DNA of 64,000 nt, from the NCBI GenBank assembly GCA_963734535.1, contig CAVTHS010000004.1, positions 96,001-160,000 of the forward strand. The letters run 5' to 3'. This document shows, one piece after another, positions 49,424 to 59,661 of the stretch. The translations under genes and the position numbers were made by a program. Below the pieces are notes generated by a model. That model searched no databases. It had not been told where the DNA came from and worked only from the letters and a program-made list of their open reading frames with translations. How positions within the stretch are numbered: the first letter of the stretch is position 1; each line of letters opens with the position of its first letter. This DNA is from an uncultured Chloroflexia bacterium (GTDB lineage Bacteria > Chloroflexota > Limnocylindria > Limnocylindrales > CSP1-4).

Positions 49424-50740
49424 GTGAGTCAGGCAATCCCGGCGATCGACCGACTCCTCGCTCCATTCCGCGAGTTCACCAGCAGCAGCGCCGCAAGCGG
49501 GATCCTGCTGATGGCCGCGGCCGTCATCGCGCTGCTCTGGGCCAACTCGCCACTCGCCTTCTCCTACGTCGCGCTCTGGGACACGCATCTCACGATCGGC
49601 GTCGGCGACGCGGTGCTATCGAAGACCCTCGGACATTGGATCAACGACGGCCTGATGGCGGTCTTCTTCTTCGTCGTCGGTCTCGAGATCAAGCGCGAAG
49701 TCCTCGTCGGCGAGCTCGGGTCGGTTCGCCGCGCAGCACTCCCGATCGCGGCTGCGCTTGGTGGGGCGCTCGTGCCCGCGCTCGTCTTCCTTCTCATCGC
49801 CGGGTCCGGCGAGGGCGCTCGCGGCTGGGCCATCCCGATGGCGACCGACATCGCATTCGCCCTCGGGGTGCTCGCCCTGCTCGGCGATCGTATCCCGATC
49901 GGCCTTCGCGTCTTCATGGCTGCCCTGGCCATCGTCGACGATCTGCTGGCAGTCGTGATCATCGGCCTCTTCTACACGTCCGACGTCTCCGTCACCGCGC
50001 TCGCCGCGGCGGGAGGTTGTCTCGCAGCGCTCGCCGCAGCGAACGTGCTCGGGGTCCGCCGGCCGGCCGTCTACGGCGTGCTCGGGCTCGCGCTCTGGCT
50101 GGCGATCCTCCAGTCGGGCGTGCACGCGACGATCGCGGGTGTGCTCCTCGCCTTGACGATCCCGGCTCGAACCAGGCTCGACAGCGCCGACTTCGCGGCT
50201 CGTGCCCGACGGATCGTGGATCACCTGGTTCGGCGCGAGAACAGCGACGAGCCGGCAACCATGGAAGAGCACCACGACGCCCTCTGGGACCTGGAGACGA
50301 TCACCGAGCGTGCCCAGGCGCCGATGCTCCGATTCGAGCATGCGCTCCAGCCCTGGGTGGCCTTCGTCGTCGTCCCGATCTTCGCGCTGGCCAATGCGGG
50401 CGTCGCGTTGGGCGGCAGCGTCGGGACGATGCTCGGCGATCCTGTCGTCCTGGGTGTCGCGATCGGTCTGATCGCGGGCAAGCAGGTCGGCATCACGACG
50501 GCGACCCTGCTGGTCGTGCGAGCTGGTCTCGCATCGCTGCCTTCAGGCGTGACCATGAAGCACATCTATGGTGCGGCCTGGCTTGGCGGCATCGGCTTCA
50601 CGATGAGCCTGTTCATCAGCGACCTGGCCTTTGGCGGCGGGCCGATCCTCGCGCTCGCGAAGGTCGGGATCCTGGTCGCATCGGTCGTCGCCGGCGTGGG
50701 CGGTTACCTGATCCTGCGGTACGCGACCCGGGTCCGCTAG
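49424..50740 (+). CDS. nhaA: Na+/H+ antiporter NhaA
   Basis: 'WINDGLM..FF..VGLEIKRE', 'GWAIPMATDIAF', 'AIVDD', 'GIGFTMSLFI'. Confidence 0.95.
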   Translation: MSQAIPAIDRLLAPFREFTSSSAASGILLMAAAVIALLWANSPLAFSYVALWDTHLTIGVGDAVLSKTLGHWINDGLMAVFFFVVGLEIKREVLVGELGSVRRAALPIAAALGGALVPALVFLLIAGSGEGARGWAIPMATDIAFALGVLALLGDRIPIGLRVFMAALAIVDDLLAVVIIGLFYTSDVSVTALAAAGGCLAALAAANVLGVRRPAVYGVLGLALWLAILQSGVHATIAGVLLALTIPARTRLDSADFAARARRIVDHLVRRENSDEPATMEEHHDALWDLETITERAQAPMLRFEHALQPWVAFVVVPIFALANAGVALGGSVGTMLGDPVVLGVAIGLIAGKQVGITTATLLVVRAGLASLPSGVTMKHIYGAAWLGGIGFTMSLFISDLAFGGGPILALAKVGILVASVVAGVGGYLILRYATRVR

Positions 50741-50959
50741 CCCGCCGACGGCCCATGTATCCTGTGACGGTCATGGATGCACGCGAGATGATGAACGTGG
50801 GCCTCGGGCACGCGTCGCTGGTGGTGGCGGCCAGCGACGGCCCGGGTGGATGAGGCAGGACCGAACTCCTCCCTGCTTCCCGACCCGCCGGCTCGACGCC
50901 GCTGCTGACCTTCCAGTCCATCTGACCCCGCGCTCCCGCGCGACCGGGGCGGCCTGACC

Positions 50960-52225
50960 GTGGACGTCTTCCTGGCCGGCGGCGTCTTCCTGGTCGCCTA
51001 CGCACTCATCGCGTCCGAGCGATTTGACCGGACCCTGATCGCCCTGCTCGGCGGTCTGCTGGTCGTCGCCCTCGGCGTCATCGACCAGGAGGAGGCGTTT
51101 GCGGCGATCGACTTCAACGTCATCTTCCTGCTGGCCGGGATGATGGTCCTCGCCGGTGGCCTGGCGACGACGGGCTTCTTCGAGTTCGTCGCCGGCCACG
51201 CCATCCACCTCTCGCGTGGCGAGCCTTTTCGCCTGCTGGTCATCCTGACCCTCGTCACGGCGGCCCTCGCGGCGCTCCTCGACAACGTGACGACGGTCGT
51301 CCTCCTGACCCCTGTCACGCTCTCGATCGCGCGGACGCTGAGGGTGTCGCCCTTCCCGTACCTGATCAGCCAGATCTTCGCCTCGAACATCGGCGGCACG
51401 GCCACGCTCATCGGGGATCCGCCGAACATCCTCATCGGCTCGGCGGCCGGCCTCGACTTCGGCGACTTCCTGCTCAACCTCGCGCCGGTGGTGCTCCTGA
51501 TCATGGTCGCCTTCCTGGTGATCATGCGGTTGGCCTTCGCCCGACACATGGACGACGACGCCGACCGCCTGGACATCCTCGCCACCGTGGATCCCGGCGC
51601 CGCCATCAGGGACCGGCCATTGATGATCCGGGCGCTGGTCGTCCTGGGCCTGACGATCGTCGGGTTCCTGTTCCACTCGCTCCTCGGACTTGAGGCCGCC
51701 ACGATCGCCCTGCTCGGTGCCACCGTCCTGATGATCGTTGGCGGGCTCGATCCGCACGAGGCGCTGCGCGACATCGAGTGGAGCACGCTCTTCTTCTTCG
51801 TCGGCCTGTTCATGCTCATCGAGGCTGTCGTCCACGTCGGCATCATCGGCGGGATCGCCGACGCCCTGGCCAATGCGACCGGCGGGAGCCTGACTGTGGC
51901 GACGATGGGAACTCTTTGGTTCTCGGCGCTGGCCTCGGCCGTTGTCGACAACATCCCGTACACCGCGACGGCCATCCCGATCGTCCAGCAACTGGCAGAC
52001 ACCGGCCTCAAGGCGGATCCGATGTGGTGGGCGTTGGCACTCGGCGCCTGCCTGGGCGGAAACCTGACCATCGTCGGCGCCTCGGCGAACATCGTGGTCG
52101 CCAACCTGGCCGCGCGTGACGGCCACCCGATCACGTTCATGCAGTTCCTCCGCTACGGACTGGGCGTCGTCGTGGTTTCACTTCTCATCTCGACCGGGTA
52201 CCTCTGGATCCGCTACCTGGGGTGA
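50960..52225 (+). CDS. ArsB/NhaD (CitMHS/SLC13-like) ion transporter
   Basis: 'LDNVTTV', 'SNIGGTATLIGDPPN', 'DNIP', 'GGNLT..GASAN'. Confidence 0.9.
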   Translation: MDVFLAGGVFLVAYALIASERFDRTLIALLGGLLVVALGVIDQEEAFAAIDFNVIFLLAGMMVLAGGLATTGFFEFVAGHAIHLSRGEPFRLLVILTLVTAALAALLDNVTTVVLLTPVTLSIARTLRVSPFPYLISQIFASNIGGTATLIGDPPNILIGSAAGLDFGDFLLNLAPVVLLIMVAFLVIMRLAFARHMDDDADRLDILATVDPGAAIRDRPLMIRALVVLGLTIVGFLFHSLLGLEAATIALLGATVLMIVGGLDPHEALRDIEWSTLFFFVGLFMLIEAVVHVGIIGGIADALANATGGSLTVATMGTLWFSALASAVVDNIPYTATAIPIVQQLADTGLKADPMWWALALGACLGGNLTIVGASANIVVANLAARDGHPITFMQFLRYGLGVVVVSLLISTGYLWIRYLG

Positions 52226-52497
52226 TGGACCTGCGTGACCAAGGAGAACCGATCGGCCGCGGGCAGCTGGATCGTCGCGGGGCGGATGCACGGGCGTTTC
52301 GGGATGGGCTGTTCAGCGTGGCGTTCTTCACCACGATCTTGCTCGTCAACGGCATCCTCGTGATCCTCCTGATCGGCCTGCTGCAAGCCATCGGCTGGTG
52401 GGAGACGGCGGACGCCGCGCGAGGCCCCGAAGGGCCTTGGCTCTCGCTGTGCGCCAGGGCTGGGACCGGCATGCAAGCCGACGTTCGGCCGGAGTAG
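52225..52497 (+). CDS. Small single-TM hypothetical protein
   Basis: ATG overlaps the previous stop; hydrophobic segment 'FSVAFFTTILLVNGILVILLIGLL'. Confidence 0.4.
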   Translation: MDLRDQGEPIGRGQLDRRGADARAFRDGLFSVAFFTTILLVNGILVILLIGLLQAIGWWETADAARGPEGPWLSLCARAGTGMQADVRPE

Positions 52498-52763
52498 CAG
52501 GAGCCTGACGTCCCAGAGATTCCTCGCGTGGCCGTCCCATCCTCAGGGATCTCGGCTGGCGGTAAGCGGACCAGACGCGCCCGTGGAGGCCACGCGAGCC
52601 CGCGTGGCGCCATCTCACGAGCGAAAGCGGGTCCGCGACTCTCCGTGGCTCGACGCGTCCGCTTCGATCGATCTCGCCGAAAGCGATCTCGGCAGGGCAC
52701 GTGTACCGTGGCCGATCAGGGGGCGCGACAGCGCACCCGCTGATCTCCACCTCGAGGTCGATC

Positions 52764-53265
52764 TTGAAACGCCCGGTTATCCTCGTGGCGGTCGTGACAG
52801 CAGCGCTCCTCGCCGGGTGTGCCGGTGGCGGTTCGACAGCTCCGTCCACCTCCGGCGCGCCTTCCAGCTCGGGCGCTGCGCCAGGCCAGCAGTCGGCGGT
52901 GCCGAGTGCGTCCGATCTCCGGATCGTCGGGCGACACTTCTGCCCAGTTCGGCGGAGACGTCTGCTCGGCGCTCACGAAGGCCGACATCGAGGCCGCGAC
53001 CTATCCGCAGGGGGTCGCGACCTTTGATAGCACCGACACCCAGAAGGACGTGACGACCGGAAAGGCCGTCGTCTGCCAATACCTCGTCGTGTTCGCTGGA
53101 AAGCCCTCCATCGTCGGCGCCTTCGTGAACCTCGTGACCGACGACGAGGTCACGCACCGCCAGCAGGTCGCGCTCATCTTCACTCCGGAGCCCGTCAGCG
53201 GAATCGGCACGGAGGCCTCCGTGGTGCAGGCAGCCCCCGGCCTGTACGAGGTCTGGGTGACGTGA
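52764..53265 (+). pseudogene. Lipoprotein (DUF3558-like), frameshift near 52913 and 3'-truncated
   Basis: Lipobox 'LAGC', Ser-rich linker, 'DVCSALTKADI..VCQY..PVSGIG.EA'. Confidence 0.55.
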
Positions 53266-53428
53266 CCAGCTGGAAGATGCCTGCCTGGTCCGGATCGAGA
53301 AGTCGTTCGTCGGCAAGCGCCCCAATACCAGCGCCTCGCTGACCGCGGCCGGCAGGGAGCGGACCGCGGCGCACTGGAAGCAGCTCGACCGGCTGAAGGG
53401 ACGGGCGGCCTCCTCGACGGACCCGTAG
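53264..53428 (+). pseudogene. C-terminal remnant of a winged-helix (HTH_34/MarR-like) regulator
   Basis: 'QLEDACLVRIEKSFVGKRPNTSASLTAAGR..HW..L' with no start codon or N-terminus. Confidence 0.6.
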
Positions 53429-53567
53429 TCCGGCCCGAAAGGCGTGGGGGCGCCCCGAGCGTTTGCTCAGGGCGCCCCCGCCGGGTGCGTTGACTGGCGA
53501 ACCGTCGGTGAGCCGTCGAGGCGCCGACGGGGTTCTCGGCGGCGCGTCCGCCGAGGGCCGGGATCCG

Positions 53568-55040
53568 TTACGCCCGCCCGGCCGCCAGGTCGTACTGCAG
53601 GTAGACGACGTGGGTCCGGGTGTACTCGAGCACGCCGTACTTGCCGTCCGCGCCGCCGATCCCTGACTTGCGCCAGCCGGCGTGGAACCCCTGCATGTTC
53701 TCCATCATGTTCTCGCGGTTGACGTACGTCTCGCCGAACCGGAGCTCCTTGCACGCTCGCATGATCACGTCGACGTTCTTGGTGAAGATCGACGAGGCGA
53801 GACCGTAGATCGAGTCGTTCGCCCAGGCGATCGCCTCGTCGAGGTCGTGGAACGTGACGACTGGCATCACCGGCCCGAAGATCTCTTCCCGGACGATGGG
53901 CATGTCCTGCCGGCAGTTGGCGATGACGGTCGCCGGATAGTAGTGGCCTTCCGGCTTGTCCTCGGCACGCTTGCCGCCCGTCACGACCTGGCCCCCGTCG
54001 GCGACGGCTCGCTCCACGCGTCCGCTGACTGCGTCGAGCTGCCGTGCGCTCACCATCGGACCCAGGTCGCGACCCTCGTCGACGAGCGCATTCCCGTATG
54101 TTGCCTTGCTCATGGCCGCGGCCAGCCGGTCGGTGAACTCGGCGGCGATGCTTTCGTGCACGTAGGTCCGGTCGGGTGCGCCGCACACCTGGCCCGTGTT
54201 CAGGAGGCGACCCGCCTTGATGGACCTGACCGCGAGGTCCTGGTCGGCGTCCGGCATCACGATGACCGGGTGGCTGCCGCCGAGCTCCAGGCTGACCTTC
54301 GTGATGTTCTGCGCGGCGAGCTCCATGACCCGGGAGCCCGTCCTGATGCTGCCGGTGACGGTCACCATGCCGATGAGCGGGTTCGAGGCCAGCTCCTCGC
54401 CAACGATCGGGCCGTAGCCGCACACGATGTTGGCGACGCCGGCCGGCACGCCCGCCTCGTCGAAGATGCGGCCGAGCTCGAGGGTGCTGTTCGGCGTGAT
54501 CTCGCTCGGCTTCACGACGATGGAGTTGCCCATGAGAAGCGCGGGCGCCACCTTGCGCGCGAGCACGTAGAGCGGGAAGTTCCAGGGCACGATCCCGCCG
54601 ATGACGCCGATGGGCTGCCGCAGGAGCAGCTGCATGTCGTTCGGCTCGTCGCTGGCGATGACCTCGCCCTCGACGCGGCGCGCCCACTCCGCCGTGTAGT
54701 CGAAGTAGTTCGCCGTGCCGTTCGCCTCACCCCGGGCCTGGTCCAGGGGCTTCCCCTGCTCCTCGGACAGGACGTGGGCGAGGTGGTCGGCGTCCTTCCG
54801 GATCCCCGCGGCGATCTTGTGGAGGACGTTCGCCCGCTCGATCGGGGCCAGCTTCTCCCACTTCCGCTGGGCTTTGTCGGCGAGCTCGATCGCCTCCCGC
54901 GCGTCCTCGACCGACGAATCGGGGACGTTCGAGACCGCCGCGCCGGTGGCCGGGTTCTCGACCGCCAGCGTCTTCTCGCCCGAGGCGCTGACGAAGCGAC
55001 CGTTCACGTAGTTCTGGTAGAGGCGGGTAGCGACAGCCAT
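53568..55040 (-). CDS. aldA: NAD-dependent aldehyde dehydrogenase (AldA lactaldehyde/glycolaldehyde type)
   Basis: 'PWNFP', 'LELGG', catalytic 'GQVC', 'EEIFGPV', 'GFHAGWRKSGIGGADGK.G'. Confidence 0.88.
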   Translation of the reverse strand: MAVATRLYQNYVNGRFVSASGEKTLAVENPATGAAVSNVPDSSVEDAREAIELADKAQRKWEKLAPIERANVLHKIAAGIRKDADHLAHVLSEEQGKPLDQARGEANGTANYFDYTAEWARRVEGEVIASDEPNDMQLLLRQPIGVIGGIVPWNFPLYVLARKVAPALLMGNSIVVKPSEITPNSTLELGRIFDEAGVPAGVANIVCGYGPIVGEELASNPLIGMVTVTGSIRTGSRVMELAAQNITKVSLELGGSHPVIVMPDADQDLAVRSIKAGRLLNTGQVCGAPDRTYVHESIAAEFTDRLAAAMSKATYGNALVDEGRDLGPMVSARQLDAVSGRVERAVADGGQVVTGGKRAEDKPEGHYYPATVIANCRQDMPIVREEIFGPVMPVVTFHDLDEAIAWANDSIYGLASSIFTKNVDVIMRACKELRFGETYVNRENMMENMQGFHAGWRKSGIGGADGKYGVLEYTRTHVVYLQYDLAAGRA

Positions 55041-55161
55041 CGTGATCCTCCGTGTTGACCGGCCGCATCCTGGGGGCGCGGCCACGACCGTGGGTGGCAG
55101 TGCGCGGAGCGGGGTCAGCCCTCCACCCGCTCCGCGCCCGCCGTTGACATCAGACGCAGAC

Positions 55162-56298
55162 CTAGCCGAGGACGAGCGCCGACAGGCTCAGGTCGGCATG
55201 GGTGGGGCTTCCGGGCTCCGAGCAGCCCTGCTCGCCGAAGGCGAGATAGCCAATCGTGGGCAGGACGCCGACGGTGTGCTCGAGTTCGCCCGGGATCTCC
55301 CGGATCCGGTCGCCGAGCGCGATCGCGCGGCCACCGCAATGGGCCAGCAGGACGGCCTTGGGGTGCTTCACGCCCTTGGCCGCCTCGTGGACGGCATTGC
55401 CGGCCTCCGCGACCAGCCCGTTCACCGATGCCTCGCCCAGCTCCAGCTCCATCCCGTCTTCCATGGCCGCCCCGAAGTCCATCGAGCCGTCCGCGTTGCT
55501 GTTGACCGGGTGGGCGGAGTAGGCGATCCCGCCGTGCCGGAACAGCAGGGGATACTGGACGCTGAACGAGACGAGGGCGCCGCCGCCGATCTCGGATTCG
55601 GGCTTGGCCACCCACTCGGAGTAGACGTCCATCGCGCGCCGGCCGTCGAGCTCGAACACCTTCCGGCCCGAGGCCCGGGTCACCTTGGCCTTCTTGCCCG
55701 TGACCCGATAGCCGTTGGTGAACGCGTAGCCGACCTCGCCGCCGAGGGCGGCGACGGCCAGGTGGTCCTTGAACGCGTGGCCGTTGGCGATCTGCTGGAA
55801 CTTGCTCTCCGCAGCGTGGTCCGAAGCAGAACCGCCGACAACCGGCACGCCCGGGGCCACACTTGCGATCCCGCGCAGCAGCTCCTCCTCCGGCCCCATG
55901 AAGGCGAGGGTCAGCAGCGCCCCTGGGGTGCTGCCGAGCTGCTTCACGACCTCTTCGGCAGCCTTCCTGCCGGCGGCGAAGGCGTCATCGCCAACGGGCA
56001 CGACCGCGACCGCCCCCGCCCGGTCGGCGATCAGCATCAGGCTGGCCGCCCCGCCGGCGCTCGTGACCCAGCCGTCGTCCCGGAACACGCCGGTGGACGA
56101 CGAGCCGCCCCACATGGGGATTCCGCCGAGCAGCTCGGAGACGCTGCTCGCAAGGGCATCCGTGTCGTACTGCGACGTGGCGAAGAGGATGGCCAGGGTC
56201 GGGGCGCCTTCCAGCCCGGCCTTCGCCTGTGAGACGAGTTCGGCTGCCGCCGCCCGCGGATCCGTGGACGTCGTGCTGCCGGTTCCAATGCCGCTCAT
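55162..56298 (-). CDS. Stand-alone FIST domain protein
   Basis: 'VGGSA.D', 'VTRASG..V.ELDGR.A', 'CGGR', 'G...FGEQ'. Confidence 0.85.
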   Translation of the reverse strand: MSGIGTGSTTSTDPRAAAAELVSQAKAGLEGAPTLAILFATSQYDTDALASSVSELLGGIPMWGGSSSTGVFRDDGWVTSAGGAASLMLIADRAGAVAVVPVGDDAFAAGRKAAEEVVKQLGSTPGALLTLAFMGPEEELLRGIASVAPGVPVVGGSASDHAAESKFQQIANGHAFKDHLAVAALGGEVGYAFTNGYRVTGKKAKVTRASGRKVFELDGRRAMDVYSEWVAKPESEIGGGALVSFSVQYPLLFRHGGIAYSAHPVNSNADGSMDFGAAMEDGMELELGEASVNGLVAEAGNAVHEAAKGVKHPKAVLLAHCGGRAIALGDRIREIPGELEHTVGVLPTIGYLAFGEQGCSEPGSPTHADLSLSALVLG

Positions 56299-57707
56299 GA
56301 GAGTGCCTCCTGCAACGTTTCCGGACTGATCTGCCTGGAGCCCGGCAGCTGTCCGGTTTGACTGATCTGGCCGAGGATCGCCGCCCCGAGCAGCGAAGAC
56401 TGGTCCTGGAACTGGTACTCGAAGTCGCCGGTCCAGCGCCGCCTGGCTTCGAGCATCCCCCGAATCCTGGCCCCGCCGCCGGAGATCCCCACCCTGTGGC
56501 CGAGATCGACGACCTCGGCGACTTCTGCGAGATGCCCGCCCAGGTATCTCGCGTTGCCGCGGACGACGCTGAGCAACAGGTCGTCGCGCGTGGTCTGGAG
56601 CGTCAGGCCGCTGAAGCGGCCGGTAAGAGGCTCGAGGGAGTACCGGCTGCCGCCGATGTAGGGGACGTACTCGGGGAGATCGGCTTCACGGGCGTCCGGA
56701 TCCGGACCCAGGAGGAACGCATCAAGCACGCCGGGAACGTAGTGGCCGTAGAACTCGTCGGCGTCCAGCTCGCTGCAGGCGGTCCGGCGGAACCAGTCCA
56801 GCGCCTCGCCGCCCGCATTCAGCACGAAGAACGTGAGCCACCGACCCGGGATGACGTGGCAGCGGACGTTGAAGGTTGGGGATGCGATGGGGCGGTCGGT
56901 GCACACGCTGGCGATGTCGCACGTCCCGCTGATGATGTTGATGTCGCCGCGCTCGGTGAGGCCCCCGGAGAAGGCGGCGAGCACCGCGTCGTTGCCACCG
57001 CAGAGGACCGTGCAGCCGCGAGGCAGGCCAAGCTCGTCGGCGACGGCGGGCCGGATGGGACCGACCGGCTCATGGGACTGCCGCAGCGGCGGCAGCATGC
57101 CCTCGTCGATGCCGGCCAGACCGAGGACCGCCTGGTTCCAGGTGAGGTCGTTGCTCGCCGTGTTGTAGAGGCCGGTGATCGAGGTCGTCGACGGATCGAT
57201 CGCCCAGCGGCCGGTCATCCGCTTGACGAGATAGGTGTTGCAGTGGCCGAACTTCGCGGTCGCCGCCCAGATGTCCGGGCGCTCGTCCCGGAACCAGAGC
57301 ATGGACGACAGCGACGAGCCGCCGGACACGGGAAGATTGCACGTCTCGGCCAGGAACCTCCTCTCTCCCACAAGGGCACGGATGGCGGCCGACTGCGTGC
57401 GCGACCGCCCGTCAAGGAACAGGACGGCAGGCGCGAGCGCCGTGCCGTCGCCCGCCATCGGCGTGAGTCCCGGAGTGGTGACCGACAGGGAGACGACCTC
57501 CACGCCGGCGAGGCTGGGGGACGCCTCCGCGCAGCACTCGCGCAGCGCCTCCCACCAGACCGCAGGGTCGACGTCCGCCTTGCCGTGGTCGTAGAGGTGC
57601 GGGGCGTAACGGCGCTGCGCCTCGGATCGCTTCACCAGGTCGGCACTGAAGACGGCGATCTTGAGGGCGGTCGTCCCGACGTCGATGGCGAGGATGTCTC
57701 CGCTCAC
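56295..57707 (-). CDS. FGGY-family carbohydrate kinase (xylulokinase-like)
   Basis: 'AIDVGTTALK', 'D.R', 'GGND', 'SGGGA'. Confidence 0.85.
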   Translation of the reverse strand: MSGDILAIDVGTTALKIAVFSADLVKRSEAQRRYAPHLYDHGKADVDPAVWWEALRECCAEASPSLAGVEVVSLSVTTPGLTPMAGDGTALAPAVLFLDGRSRTQSAAIRALVGERRFLAETCNLPVSGGSSLSSMLWFRDERPDIWAATAKFGHCNTYLVKRMTGRWAIDPSTTSITGLYNTASNDLTWNQAVLGLAGIDEGMLPPLRQSHEPVGPIRPAVADELGLPRGCTVLCGGNDAVLAAFSGGLTERGDINIISGTCDIASVCTDRPIASPTFNVRCHVIPGRWLTFFVLNAGGEALDWFRRTACSELDADEFYGHYVPGVLDAFLLGPDPDAREADLPEYVPYIGGSRYSLEPLTGRFSGLTLQTTRDDLLLSVVRGNARYLGGHLAEVAEVVDLGHRVGISGGGARIRGMLEARRRWTGDFEYQFQDQSSLLGAAILGQISQTGQLPGSRQISPETLQEALS

Positions 57708-58607
57708 GACAGGAGTCCCTCGGCGCTGAGGAGCGCCTTCAAGGCCTGGACCTGTCCCGAGTCGAGCGGAAGCAACGGTCGTCGCGGGATGCCGCCCCGG
57801 AAGCCTGCCAGCGTCATCGCTGCCTTGACGCCCGCCACCCCATGGGTCCCCGAGATCGCCGCGTTGATGCGGCTGACTCGATCCTGGAGCGGGACCCCAT
57901 TCGGCTCGTCGCGGGCACGTCCGTAGCTCGAACAGCTGCAGGGCGAGCTGCGGGAACGAGTTGGCGAGCGAGACCGTGCCGCCGGGCGAGCCGCCCAGCA
58001 TGGCCCGGAACAGGAAGTTGGCCGAGCCCGCCAGCACGTGGAACGAGGGGCCCTGGAAGGGAAGGAAGGCTTCGATGCCACTCGACGCGCTGTCCTTGAG
58101 GCCCACGATGTTTTCGTGGGCTGCGAGGCGTCCAACCAGGTCAGGGCTCAGCGTGACACCGCAGAAGCCCGGCGCGTTGTAGAGGAGAAGCGGGACCCGC
58201 GCGTCGTCCGCCAGGGACGAGAAGAAGCGGTAGAGGACCTCGTCGGTCATCTGCGCCCGGAAGTAGCCCGGCGACAACACGAGCCCGAAATCGGCCCCGA
58301 TATCTGCCGCAGCTGCCAGGAAGCGCTCCGCTTCACGCTGGCCGTCGTACGCGGCCCCGGCGAGGACCACCTGCGCAGGCCCCTTGTGCCCGACGACGGT
58401 CTCGAGCACACGCAGCTTCTCGCCCTCCGCCAGGCTCCGGTTCTCTCCGTTGGACCCAAGCGCGAGATAGCCGAGGATCCCGCTCTGTGCATAGCGCGCG
58501 AGGTTGAACCGGAGGGCGTCGTAGTCCACGTCCTCGTTCGGCGCGAAGGGCGTGCTGATCGGCGCGAATACGCCGGCGAGCCTGGACTGGACATCACGTC
58601 CGGCCAT
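57704..58607 (-). CDS. DHDPS/HOGA-like class I aldolase; apparent +1 frameshift near 57926
   Basis: 'TPF', 'GSNGE', 'LYNAP', Schiff-base Lys in 'GLKDS'; C-terminus 'GVKAAM..PRRPL.PL' in the next frame. Confidence 0.85.
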
Positions 58608-59405
58608 CACGTCGCCTCGCGGATCTCGCGGCGGCCATCCTCGGCCGTCTCGATCGCGTCGGCCCCGAGCTCGCTGGCAATTCCCCCAGCGACAGCCCGC
58701 ACCCGTTCGCCGAAGTACTCGAGCCGATCGTGGATCCGGAAGTGGGGCCCCGCGATGCTGATGGCGCCGACCGGCCTGCCGTCGGCTCCGATGATCGCCG
58801 CTCCCACGCACGCACCGAACGGCTCGTTCTCGCGGTCATCGGTGGAGTAGCCGCGGCACTCCGTCCGCCGGATCTCCTCCCGGAACGTGGCCAGGTCACA
58901 GATCGTCCGATCCGTCCGGGGCAGAAAATCCATGCGTGCGTAGATCCGTTCGCGCTCCACGCCGGGGAGCGCGGCGAGCATGGCCTTGCCCAACGACGTG
59001 GAGTGAAGCGGCATCGTCTGGCCGACCGCGGAGACCAGCTGGATGCTGTTCTCGGCCTCCAGCTTGTCCACGTAGATGATTTGGAGGTCCTCGATCACCC
59101 CAAGGTGCACGGTCTCCCCGAGCTCATCGCGAAGGGCTGTGAGGTGCGGGCGCGCAATGCTCCGGAGATCCAGGCCAATCGTGACGCGGTGGGCCAGCCA
59201 CAGGATCTTGCCGCTGAGGCGATAGCGCCGCGTCGACTCGTTCTGGGTCACGTACCCGGCCTCGACGAGCGTCCGAAGGAGGCGTGTCACGGTGGCCTTG
59301 TCGAGGCCCAGCCTGCTGGCCGATTGCCGATGGGCCGAGCCCGTACCCGTCTCCGCGCGCCAGCGTCTCCATGACATCGAGGCCGCGACTGAGGGTCCGA
59401 GTCAC
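58607..59405 (-). CDS. IclR-family regulator; apparent +1 frameshift near 59310-59320
   Basis: 'TLSRGLDVME', then 'GLDKATVTRLL.TL', 'ETVHL', 'HSTSLGKA', 'AISIAGP'. Confidence 0.85.
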
Positions 59406-59411
59406 CGCTGT

Positions 59412-59424
59412 TTCACCTAGTGAA
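59412..59424. promoter_or_regulatory. Probable IclR operator palindrome
   Basis: TTCAC-CTA-GTGAA between the TATAAT (59448-53, minus strand) and the iclR start. Confidence 0.5.
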
Positions 59425-59661
59425 CTCACGGTACGGTGTGCGCACTCATTATAGCGGCCGTTCAAGCCCGGGGTGGGTAGTCCGCGCAACTCCTGGAATG
59501 CCTCGGGCCGGTGCGTACATGAGCTTGCCGTCGTGCGGTATGTCGGCAGCCCACAGGACCCCATAGGCCTTTCAGTCGATTCCCCGCCGGGGCCGGCGTG
59601 TGCACACTGCAGACAGGGCCACGGTCCATCCCACGGCAGGTTCTGGCGTGGTGTTGAGCCC

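Noticed and set aside
50756-50853. Short ORF between nhaA and the ArsB/NhaD gene as a leader peptide
   Set aside because: No regulatory codon run or clear attenuator; insufficient evidence
56295-58811. 838-aa aldolase-FGGY kinase fusion ORF
   Set aside because: Same artefact near 57926; the aldolase C-terminus ends at 57704, overlapping the kinase GTG
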